This document shows, piece by piece, positions 1 to 8,404 of a stretch of 64,000 nucleotides of DNA. The DNA is taken from assembly GCA_963815455.1 (NCBI GenBank), contig CAWFGO010000001.1, positions 1,536,001 through 1,600,000 on the forward strand, written 5' to 3'. Position 1 is the first letter of the stretch. Each line of letters starts with the position of its first letter. This stretch comes from an uncultured Verrucomicrobiae bacterium (lineage in GTDB: Bacteria > Verrucomicrobiota > Verrucomicrobiia > Chthoniobacterales > UBA10450). The translations under genes were made by a program, and so were the position numbers. The notes beneath the pieces were generated by a model. It was not told the origin of the DNA. It searched no databases and was given only the letters and a program-made list of their open reading frames with translations.

Positions 1-2164
1 CGTCGAAAATCTCCGCGAATTCATCGGCAAGAATCACGTTACTCGGAATTTCGCACATGACATAAAGCTCAAGGCCGTTCTCACCGCGACGGAGGCCGTT
101 TTTCTCCATCTCGGCGATAACTTTTCGCCCTTCTTCGACGGTACGACAGAATGGGACCATCAGTTTAAGATTGGTGAGTCCCATTTCCTCGCGCACTTTT
201 TTCATGGCCCGACATTCCAAGGCGAAGCCGGCTTGGTATCGCTGGTTGTAATAGCGCGATGCGCCGCGAAAACCGAGCATCGGATTCTCCTCGATCGGCT
301 CATAGGCGCGGCCCCCGATCAGATTTGCGTATTCGTTCGTCTTGAAATCGCTTAACCGCACAATCACGTCCTTCGGATAAAACGCGGCCACGATCATGGC
401 CACACCTTGCGCGAGTTTGTCCACGAAGAATTGCGGCTTGTCGTCATAACCGGCCGTCAGCTTATCGATGTTCGCTTTGACTTCCGCGTTGTTGATCTTC
501 GCGTAATCGATCAGAGCCAGCGGATGAATCTTGATGTAGTTGCTGATAATGAACTCTTCGCGCGCCAGACCGACGCCATCATTGGGAATAAATGAAAGTG
601 CAAATGCCTCTTCCGGGTTGGCCACATTCATCATCACTTTCGTGCGTGGACGAGTCAGGCCTTTCAAATTTGTTCGCACCATCTCGAAGGGCAGTTTGCC
701 TTCGTAAACGAAACCGATGTCGCCCTCCGCGCAGGAAACAGTAACGGTCTGATCATTTCGCAACAGTTCCGTGCCGTGTTCCGTGCCGACAATCGCTGGA
801 ACGCCCAGCTCGCGACTCACGATCGCCGCGTGACAGGTCCGGCCGCCGCGATTCGTCACGATGGCCGCGGCCCTTTTCATGATCGGCTCCCAATCCGGAT
901 CGGTCTTATCGGTAACGAGGACTTCGCCCTCCTGAAATTCGTTCAAATGATGCGCGCTCTTAATGACCCGTACCGGACCAGCCGCGATTTTAGATCCGAC
1001 ACTGCGACCCCTTACGAGTAGGCGTCCGCGCTCCTTCAGCCGATAGGTTTCCAGCACGTCGCGATCCCGGCGTGATTCGACCGTTTCCGGCCGGGCTTGA
1101 ACGATGAAAAGTTCGCCGGTGTTTCCATCTTTGGCCCATTCCGTGTCCATGGGCGTCGGCTTGCCCTTGACTGCGCTGTAGTGATCTTCGATCACACAGG
1201 CCCAGCGGGCGAGAGTCAGAATATCGTCGTCGGAAATAGCGAAACGGTTCCGGTCACCGGGCGACACCGGCACATTCTTGACCATTTTTTCGCCGCCAAC
1301 GTCGTAGATCAGTTTGAACTCCTTATTGCCGATCGCTTTCTGAAGGATGGGTCGAAATCCTTTTTTTAACGTCGGTTTGAAAACGTAATATTCGTCCGGG
1401 TTCACCGATCCCTGGACGACGTTCTCGCCGAGCCCGTAAGAGGCGTTGATCAGCACGGCGTCTCGAAACCCGGTCTCGGTATCGATGGTAAACATGATTC
1501 CAGACGCGCTCAAATCGGAGCGGACCATTCGCTGCACCGCGATGGAGAGAGCGATCTTGCCGTGATCGAATCCCTTGTCCGCTCGATAAGAAATGGCGCG
1601 ATCGGTAAACAGCGATGCGAAACAGCGCCGGCAGGCGTCAATCAACGCATGGCGTCCGCGCACATTCAGATATGTTTCCTGCTGACCGGCGAAACTGGCG
1701 TCGGGCAGGTCCTCCGCCGTGGCGCTGCTTCTAACCGCGACGCCTGCGCTAGTCCCACCGGCTTCGCGCAAACGCTCATACGCGCCAATGATTTCCTGCT
1801 CCAGATCGGCCGGAAACTGCGCCGACACAATCGATTCTCGAATCGCCGATCCACAATCGCGCAACGCCTCCAGGTTTTGCGTATTGAGCCCGCGCAGAAG
1901 AGCATCGATCTTCTGGTCGAGCCCGGCCTCGGTCAGAAAATCGCGATAAGCCTGGGCCGTGATGGCAAAACCGTCGGGCACTTTCACTCCCTTCGGGGTC
2001 AGCTCCCGAAACATCTCGCCTAACGAAGCTGTCTTGCCGCCTACGATTGGAACATCTTTGATTCCGATTTCGCGGAACCATTTAATGTAAGAAGATGCCT
2101 TCTCTCCCGACGCCATTTTTCGAGCTTTCGATCCTTGCGCCTCCGGAATTGATGCCGCTTTCAT
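1..2164 (-). CDS. ppsA: Phosphoenolpyruvate synthase (pyruvate, water dikinase); 3' end runs off the window
   Basis: Manual translation from ATG at 2164 gives YIKWFREIGIKDVPIVGGKTASLGEM, AVRSSATAEDLPDASFAGQQETYL, the phospho-His motif GGRTCHAAIVSRELG and EENPMLGFRGASRY. Missing from the ORF track because it has no stop in the window. Confidence 0.96.
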   Translation of the reverse strand, partial: MKAASIPEAQGSKARKMASGEKASSYIKWFREIGIKDVPIVGGKTASLGEMFRELTPKGVKVPDGFAITAQAYRDFLTEAGLDQKIDALLRGLNTQNLEALRDCGSAIRESIVSAQFPADLEQEIIGAYERLREAGGTSAGVAVRSSATAEDLPDASFAGQQETYLNVRGRHALIDACRRCFASLFTDRAISYRADKGFDHGKIALSIAVQRMVRSDLSASGIMFTIDTETGFRDAVLINASYGLGENVVQGSVNPDEYYVFKPTLKKGFRPILQKAIGNKEFKLIYDVGGEKMVKNVPVSPGDRNRFAISDDDILTLARWACVIEDHYSAVKGKPTPMDTEWAKDGNTGELFIVQARPETVESRRDRDVLETYRLKERGRLLVRGRSVGSKIAAGPVRVIKSAHHLNEFQEGEVLVTDKTDPDWEPIMKRAAAIVTNRGGRTCHAAIVSRELGVPAIVGTEHGTELLRNDQTVTVSCAEGDIGFVYEGKLPFEMVRTNLKGLTRPRTKVMMNVANPEEAFALSFIPNDGVGLAREEFIISNYIKIHPLALIDYAKINNAEVKANIDKLTAGYDDKPQFFVDKLAQGVAMIVAAFYPKDVIVRLSDFKTNEYANLIGGRAYEPIEENPMLGFRGASRYYNQRYQAGFALECRAMKKVREEMGLTNLKLMVPFCRTVEEGRKVIAEMEKNGLRRGENGLELYVMCEIPSNVILADEFAEIFD

Positions 2165-2321
2165 AATATTACCATCTATTATTATCGCGGGCTGGAGCAG
2201 ACTCTCTTGGCGCTAATTGTGAATCTGCGCGCATTTCTTGCGGGTCGCACGTGCTGCGCGCAAGCGCCGCAAGCGATTCCAAGACGAACCGCGGCGCCTG
2301 TCGCACAGTAGCCCCTGGAAG

Positions 2322-3179
2322 TCACGCCACTCCGGTTACCGTTGAAAACATCAGACGCCGCGCGATTTGGCGCAGGTAGCTCCGGCCGCGGCGCGCGTTC
2401 GTGATGGTCACGGCGGGATCGGTGTTGCCGGCCATTTCGAGGATAAGAGTTCCCCGGAATCGAATTTCGATTAAGTCCTGCATGAATTTTTCCCAATCGA
2501 TTTTCCCATCACCCGGTGGAGAATGATTGTCGTTCGCGCCGTTGTTGTCGTGGGCGTGAATCATTCGTAAATGCGCGGAAAGTTTGTGGACGAGGGAATG
2601 CATGTCGCCGGCGAGAAAGGCGTGGCCGGTGTCGAGGCAGGCTCCAACTTCAGCGGTGTTAATGCCATCCAGGATCCAGAGGATGTCGCTGGTGTTCCCA
2701 AAAAGCAGATGCGGCAGCTTGTTCTCAAGCACACACAGGATCCCGAGTTCTTTGCAGCGCCGGGCAATCTGATTCAACGATGCGATGACGTTTTGCATGC
2801 GCGGCAATTGCTCTTCGGCTGCTACGGCTGCCGGATTCTCAGGACCGGGATGAAGAACAAAATAGTGCACGTGCAAAAGTGCTGCCGCTTCGGCTGCTTT
2901 AAGAATCTCGGCAATGGAAACGGCTCTCTGCGCCTCGTTGCAGGATGCGATGTCGATGGTGGGCGCAAACGGCGCATGGAAGGAATACGCTTCCATCCCG
3001 AGCTCGTGGATCCGCTCGGCGGCGCGATGGACCGATTTCAGATCGCCATAGTGAAGGTGCTCGGGCGAAGAACAGACCTCGATCATGCTGAAGCCGCTTT
3101 CCCGGATCAGCGGCAAACATTCAAGAATGTTCTGATGGTAAAAACAGCCGGTTGAAAGGCCGATGGGCCAGCTTGTCAT
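2322..3179 (-). CDS. Sugar phosphate isomerase/epimerase family TIM-barrel (AP endonuclease 2 superfamily)
   Basis: Motifs IGLSTG, SFHAPF, LHPG, LENK, CLDTGHA, HAHDN, PGDGKIDW and LEM. Start taken at MTSWPIG (3179). Confidence 0.85.
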   Translation of the reverse strand: MTSWPIGLSTGCFYHQNILECLPLIRESGFSMIEVCSSPEHLHYGDLKSVHRAAERIHELGMEAYSFHAPFAPTIDIASCNEAQRAVSIAEILKAAEAAALLHVHYFVLHPGPENPAAVAAEEQLPRMQNVIASLNQIARRCKELGILCVLENKLPHLLFGNTSDILWILDGINTAEVGACLDTGHAFLAGDMHSLVHKLSAHLRMIHAHDNNGANDNHSPPGDGKIDWEKFMQDLIEIRFRGTLILEMAGNTDPAVTITNARRGRSYLRQIARRLMFSTVTGVA

Positions 3180-4581
3180 GGGCTCTCCTTTCCAATGCGG
3201 ACTCTTTGAAATTAAGCAAATTGAACCCGCAACCTGACAACGTGCAGGTCCCCTGTTCCTGCGCGGAAACGCAATTGAAATCGACCAAGTCGTCGCGTCC
3301 CGAGACAAATAGCCCGGCAAACAGACGGGTGTAAAAATCAGCGCGCGTCGCCCGGTCGTAGCCGTCGAATTGCGTCCATTCGAAGGGGCGCGCGTACTTC
3401 GAAGTAATCAAGCCCGCGATATGCCGCGGGTGCCAACCGAGCGCCAGCAACACACGGACCAGGCGCCGGATGTGGGCCGGCCGGAGCAGAAGATCATTTG
3501 GGAATTGCAACAATGCGTGCGCACAAGCCGGCAAAATTTCAAGCGGGGTGCGATCGTACGTTTCCGGCCACCGTTCCTCCGGCTCCGGTTCCTGCGAATA
3601 GAACCATTGGTGAAACTTCGCCAATGGCGACGCCATATAATCAGAAATGAGATTTTCCGTGCCTGTTACGGCTTCAGGAATTTTTGTCGATGCGGTCCGC
3701 GCCAGTTGAGCCGTCTTTTTCGGATCTCGCATCACCTTGAGTCCATCGCGAGTGCTCATCTGTTGAAGCGGAATAATAAAGAGAGGATGTAACTTCTGGT
3801 GCGCTTCCGCCGCAACCAGATCGCGTTGTTGCCGGGCTTTGAGATAAAAACTAAAGGGCGCCCGAATAATTCTCGTTTGCAGCGGATCGCCGTACTCGGA
3901 GATGTCGATGGAAATCATTTCGCGATCGTAATTGCGTGGCCCCACTTCAACGGCAGTCAGTTCCACCGGGATCGCACAGCGCGGCCCCGCGATTTCCTGA
4001 ATACGATGGGCCAGGAATTCCATGACCATGCCCAGGCCGCTAAATGCTCTGGTCAATTCCTCGGATACACTGGCGCCGTCGGGCGGCTGCGCCTGCGCGC
4101 TGAGTTCCCAGAGACTTGGTGGCCCGCGCCCAATCTCTGTTAATCGCTGGAAGGCGCGCGAGCGTTGGGAGATCTGCCAAACGAAATGATGTCCGCGTCC
4201 ACTCAAAAGATGCAACGGCTCAATCCCATAGCCAGAAAGAAGATCGAGAATGACTTTCTCGACCGGCCCTTGAAGACCGAAAACCGATTTCGGTTCCAGA
4301 AAAGCATTCAGCGGTCGATCGAAATTTACGTATTCAATGTCGAGATCGGCAATCACCGACGTTCGGTCCCACAACGAACGAAAAATCTCCGCGTCCGCCT
4401 CAAAAAATTCATATAACTGGTCCAGAGATTGCGGCTGATGAAGGTGCGGCTCGATTTCATCACCGGTCACCAGATGATGACAGGTGAAATGACCCACCGA
4501 ATCCAGTCCGAGGAAATCTTCAATTCGCGCCCGCACATAAGCGTCCGTGTAATGGTTCGTGACGTGGTCGGTCGCAGTCAT
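3121..4581 (-). CDS. Putative archaeo-eukaryotic primase (AEP)-like protein with C-terminal PriL-like four-Cys domain
   Basis: ADLDIE (D79/D81), SGRGHH (127-132), ISID (D226) and RIIRAPFS. C-terminal Cys at 353, 437, 446 and 451. Assigned from motifs only. Confidence 0.6.
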   Translation of the reverse strand: MTATDHVTNHYTDAYVRARIEDFLGLDSVGHFTCHHLVTGDEIEPHLHQPQSLDQLYEFFEADAEIFRSLWDRTSVIADLDIEYVNFDRPLNAFLEPKSVFGLQGPVEKVILDLLSGYGIEPLHLLSGRGHHFVWQISQRSRAFQRLTEIGRGPPSLWELSAQAQPPDGASVSEELTRAFSGLGMVMEFLAHRIQEIAGPRCAIPVELTAVEVGPRNYDREMISIDISEYGDPLQTRIIRAPFSFYLKARQQRDLVAAEAHQKLHPLFIIPLQQMSTRDGLKVMRDPKKTAQLARTASTKIPEAVTGTENLISDYMASPLAKFHQWFYSQEPEPEERWPETYDRTPLEILPACAHALLQFPNDLLLRPAHIRRLVRVLLALGWHPRHIAGLITSKYARPFEWTQFDGYDRATRADFYTRLFAGLFVSGRDDLVDFNCVSAQEQGTCTLSGCGFNLLNFKESALERRAHDKLAHRPFNRLFLPSEHS

Positions 4582-4703
4582 AAGCTTTGCTTTTCATGGT
4601 GATCCTATAACTGAGACGATTCGCGCACTGACCGGCAGTTGCGTTTTGCTGCGCGAATCTTGCCCGCGTGCGCCGAAACCCGCACGGGACATCACGATGA
4701 CTT

Positions 4704-5609
4704 TCAGATTGCGCCGGCGGACTGAATATCGACAACGCCCCAGAGCATTGACCGATCATCGGCCGCGTGATTTATCGGTGACCGGAGCGCAGGTTCACGG
4801 AAGCTGCGCACCACTGCCACTGCACCGGGCGCGGCAGTTCGTTGCACCGCGGCGAAGAGCCGGCGCTCGTAAGGTGCGTTAGCGCCATCCAGGATGTTGG
4901 AAAGTGAAAATCCGGTGAAGCTGCCGGAGGGTTGACGTTCAAGAAACGCCGCCGCGTCAGCGCATACTAACTGGATCTGCCCGGGCTCGGGAGTTTCCTG
5001 CGTGGACGGGACTTCGCCAAGAAGCAACGCCCGCGCATACGGATTTCTAGAGTTTGGATGCAGAGTGAAACAACGCTCCATCCGGGCCCGCATAGCGGCT
5101 CCGAAGTTCGGCGGCAGACGATCGAGGAATGAAGCCGAGTAAATCAGGCGCAGCATGGGCCGCGAAAATAGAAGATCAAAGGCGCCGCGAAATCGCCGGG
5201 TATCCAGATGGCGACGCCAATAGAAAATCTGCTCCTCCAGATTATCGAAATCGAGGAAGGCTTTCACAGTCCGTCTGCTCCATCCGGCCAAAGGCCCGAG
5301 AGCGCGCAGGAATCTGAGAATACGATCGGCGCTGCCGGTCTGGACGGGAGCGCCGGTTAGGCGCCGTTCGACGTAGGCGATCTGAATCGGGTTGATGTCA
5401 ACCGCCACCACCTTGTGATGGCGGGCAAGCTTCATCGCGGTACAGCCGGCGGATGCGATGCAAAAGATCTGTCCACCCGGCGGGAACGCACCCAGCTCAA
5501 TCGCCGCGTCTTCGTACATCGTCCCAAACAGCAGCTTGCGTCGTCCGGCGCGTGGGCTGAAGCGCCCGTGTTCCCACGCTGTCGCAGGCGTGCTTGAGCT
5601 CAACCCCAT
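4704..5609 (-). CDS. DUF3419/BtaA-like SAM-dependent transferase
   Basis: LFGTMYEDAAIE, FCIASAGCTA, VAVDINPIQ, NPY and FSLSNILD. Start at ATG 5609 overlaps the upstream stop. Confidence 0.7.
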   Translation of the reverse strand: MGLSSSTPATAWEHGRFSPRAGRRKLLFGTMYEDAAIELGAFPPGGQIFCIASAGCTAMKLARHHKVVAVDINPIQIAYVERRLTGAPVQTGSADRILRFLRALGPLAGWSRRTVKAFLDFDNLEEQIFYWRRHLDTRRFRGAFDLLFSRPMLRLIYSASFLDRLPPNFGAAMRARMERCFTLHPNSRNPYARALLLGEVPSTQETPEPGQIQLVCADAAAFLERQPSGSFTGFSLSNILDGANAPYERRLFAAVQRTAAPGAVAVVRSFREPALRSPINHAADDRSMLWGVVDIQSAGAI

Positions 5610-5989
5610 GCCGGAAAACTGGCGGAGACCCAGGCCAGCAGGAGGAAAGCGAAATTTTTCAGCACCATTCCAACCGGGTCGTGAATGAGATGACGGGCCC
5701 ACACAAGACCGCAGGCGTTCAGCGTCACGAGCAACGTTGTTTGAACAACAGCACAAACAAACGGGGCCAAACCGGTCAGAATCCAGATGGCAAGGGCCAC
5801 CTCGACAACTCCCAGCAACTTGAGGAAGAACTGTCCAAGGCGTGGGCCATAGCGAGGCACAGCCTCGACGACACGCATCTGGTTAGGTTCGCCGTTCAGC
5901 AGCTTGCACCACAGACCCTCATAAAGCCACACGGCAGCCACCGCGATATGGATCAGCCAAAGCGGCGGCAGGAAAGGTGATAGGAACAT
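5600..5989 (-). CDS. DoxX-like family membrane protein
   Basis: AVWLYEGLWCKLL...GVVEVALAIW...IHDPVGMVLKNF; about four hydrophobic segments. Confidence 0.75.
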   Translation of the reverse strand: MFLSPFLPPLWLIHIAVAAVWLYEGLWCKLLNGEPNQMRVVEAVPRYGPRLGQFFLKLLGVVEVALAIWILTGLAPFVCAVVQTTLLVTLNACGLVWARHLIHDPVGMVLKNFAFLLLAWVSASFPAWG

Positions 5990-6007
5990 TGCTTTCTTTG
6001 CGCGGGG

Positions 6008-6547
6008 TCAACGCTGCAGCCGCAGATTACATCGCATCGCGGTCAAGATGTGACGGTGAAACGAGTGGCAGACCGCCGTTTCCAGCCACCCAAACAACCA
6101 GCGTGGATGCCATGGACTGGCATAACGAGTTGTGAGAGCAACTCGGGTTTGACCGTTCGAAAGCTGGCGCAGGGTGTAGTCGCCGCTCAAAAGCTTTATC
6201 CCGCCGCCCAACGCCAGATCTTGCTCGAAGACCTCAAAGGCATAGAGGCGCGGCCGAATGATCCGAGTCACTCGTTTTAGCAGGTGTCCGGCGACGTAGC
6301 GACATTTGACCTCACCGCCCACCTCGAACTTGCAACCCGCGGCCCCGATCGGAACCGGAAGGAGAAGGCGCCAGAAAAACGGCGGGCAGGTTTCAATCTC
6401 TTCGTAAAACATTGAGGCGTCCCATACCGCCTCGGGTGGGGCGTTGAAGTCCTGCCACGTAACAACTGAAGCAAACTGTGGCCTCGCCTCACCGGTTATC
6501 GCTTTTGGCTGACTGACCCGGTTCGTTGCAGTATCGATCATACCCAT
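6008..6547 (-). CDS. SRPBCC/START-like (polyketide cyclase-like) protein; start uncertain (6547-6625)
   Basis: FNAPPEAVWD N-terminal motif, GQTRVALTTRY and a C-terminal helix with H..IL. Confidence 0.6.
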   Translation of the reverse strand: MGMIDTATNRVSQPKAITGEARPQFASVVTWQDFNAPPEAVWDASMFYEEIETCPPFFWRLLLPVPIGAAGCKFEVGGEVKCRYVAGHLLKRVTRIIRPRLYAFEVFEQDLALGGGIKLLSGDYTLRQLSNGQTRVALTTRYASPWHPRWLFGWLETAVCHSFHRHILTAMRCNLRLQR

Positions 6548-6689
6548 TAGCTTTTTTTGTTCCTTACTTTGCGATACCGACATCCTGGGCCATCCGACGA
6601 GAGAGGGTTCTTTGACCCAGTACAATCGCCGTAGCGGTCCGTTACGGAACCGACTGCTCGTGGTCTTGCCAGACCGCCTGGTGAACTGT

Positions 6690-7703
6690 TCAGATTATTA
6701 CGGGTTCCATTCTCGCTGCATTCGGCGCGGTTCGTGTCTGCCCTATTGAGCGGATTCTCTTCGTGCTTCTCTTTATTTTTTTGGCGCGCACTTCTGGATG
6801 CGATGGCACAACCAGCACTGGCTGGCAGGCGTGGCGCACCACCTGTTCCGCCACGCTGCCGATTAACAGATGCTTTAGGCCGGTTCGCCCATGCGTGGCC
6901 GTAATGATAAGATCGACATCGCGCTGCTCAGCCAGCGCCGAAATCTCCCACACAGGCAGACCACTCTTAAAAGCGGTTTCAAATTTGACGCCTCGAAATT
7001 TCGCGCGCCGCACAAATTTCTCCATTTGACGTTCGGCACCTTTACGGGCGGCCTCTGTTAATGTGGGAAGATCGTACGTGCCGTAAGCATCCGCGGTGAA
7101 GGTGTAGCCAAAATCCACCGCATGAAGAATCACAAGCTTCGCCGCGACTTGCCCGGCAAATCCGATGGCGTATTCCAGCGCCTGAAACGACGATTGGGAG
7201 AAGTCGACCGGAACGAGAATGGTCCTAATGCTGCCGCTCCTCTTTCCCGGTTTTTCTCTGTTCACCCACACTGGACAACTTGAATGCTGCAGGACGCGCT
7301 CGGCGGTGCTGCCCAGGAAAACGTGTTTCAAACCGGTACGGCCATGCGTTGGCATTACGATCAGGTCGGCACGGATCGCGCGCGCAACCTTGGTGATCTC
7401 AGTGAAAATCGGCGCACCTTCCTGAATGTAACAGTGCGCTTCAGATATTCCGTGCTTGTTGGCCAGCACTCTCAGTGCACGCACCGCCTCGTGGCCCAAC
7501 TTCTCGCGGAACGCCGCCATCGGTGCCGGCACCGGCATTTTGGGCGCCATGTACTCAAACAGGTAATGGCATTCGTGCACGTGCACCAGATGAACCACTG
7601 CGCCAAAACGATTAGCCAAGCTCTGAGTGGCTTCAATCGCCGGCCCGGACATGTCCGAAAAATCAATCGGCACGAGAATGTTTTGAATATTAGGTTTTTT
7701 CAT
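6690..7703 (-). CDS. Universal stress protein, tandem UspA domains
   Basis: ILVP(I/V)DFS ... DLI...THGRTGLKH..(L/I)GS.AE occurs twice. Start MKKPNI at 7703. Confidence 0.93.
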   Translation of the reverse strand: MKKPNIQNILVPIDFSDMSGPAIEATQSLANRFGAVVHLVHVHECHYLFEYMAPKMPVPAPMAAFREKLGHEAVRALRVLANKHGISEAHCYIQEGAPIFTEITKVARAIRADLIVMPTHGRTGLKHVFLGSTAERVLQHSSCPVWVNREKPGKRSGSIRTILVPVDFSQSSFQALEYAIGFAGQVAAKLVILHAVDFGYTFTADAYGTYDLPTLTEAARKGAERQMEKFVRRAKFRGVKFETAFKSGLPVWEISALAEQRDVDLIITATHGRTGLKHLLIGSVAEQVVRHACQPVLVVPSHPEVRAKKIKRSTKRIRSIGQTRTAPNAARMEPVII

Positions 7704-7963
7704 GGCTGTCGATGTAATTTGTTCCAAAAGATCGCCCCGATAAGACCGAAGGCGTATCCACTGAAGAAGGTGATGATGACCAGGGTAAGGGCCGCGCGCG
7801 GATCGAACGCCTTGATCACATAAATCGGTTGGATCATGTGCGCCCAGAAGATGAAATCGAGGAGAGGTTGGGCCCAACCGACCAAGACGAGCAGCGCCCA
7901 AAGTAAGTGCCAGCCGCCGATTAGCGCTCCGATAACAAGACCGACTCTATTTGGATTAGTCAT
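7700..7963 (-). CDS. Small membrane protein, hypothetical
   Basis: 87 aa with hydrophobic segments, RBS-like GAGGAG, and stop overlapping the usp start. Confidence 0.75.
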   Translation of the reverse strand: MTNPNRVGLVIGALIGGWHLLWALLVLVGWAQPLLDFIFWAHMIQPIYVIKAFDPRAALTLVIITFFSGYAFGLIGAIFWNKLHRQP

Positions 7964-7975
7964 ATTAATTCTCCT

Positions 7976-8317
7976 CTAAAAATGGAATCTCGGTGTGTGA
8001 ACAGCTGGTAAGCCCTGCGTTTCCCAGGTCTCCATTCCCCCTTCAACCACCACCGGCTGATTGCAGCCCACCCCCCGCAACATTCCTGCAGCCATGCCAG
8101 CCAATGCGCGGCTTTGGCCAATCACAAACAACGGTTCCGAGGCCGGCCGTTTGCGCTCGCACAAGATCTTTACCGGCGACATCCGCCTGAGCGGAGCCGA
8201 GCGGGCGCCCGGAATGTGGAGTCTGTTGAATTCCTCCCTTGGGCGCACATCAATCAGATCAAACGGCTGGCGGTTTGCCACCAGTGTCGCCATGCCCATT
8301 GGATGAATCGTTGTCAT
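7976..8317 (-). CDS. Rhodanese-like domain protein (active-site Cys apparently absent)
   Basis: LIDVRPREEF..LHIPGA and VVEGGMETW...GLP. The active-site loop reads FVIGQSRA rather than ICxSG. Confidence 0.85.
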   Translation of the reverse strand: MTTIHPMGMATLVANRQPFDLIDVRPREEFNRLHIPGARSAPLRRMSPVKILCERKRPASEPLFVIGQSRALAGMAAGMLRGVGCNQPVVVEGGMETWETQGLPAVHTPRFHF

Positions 8318-8404
8318 AACATCCTCTCCGTTTCTGCCGATAACTAGCCAGAGCCGGTTGAGCGCGCTCCACGGATTTTGCGAACCACTGAGCGCTTCTT
8401 GCTC

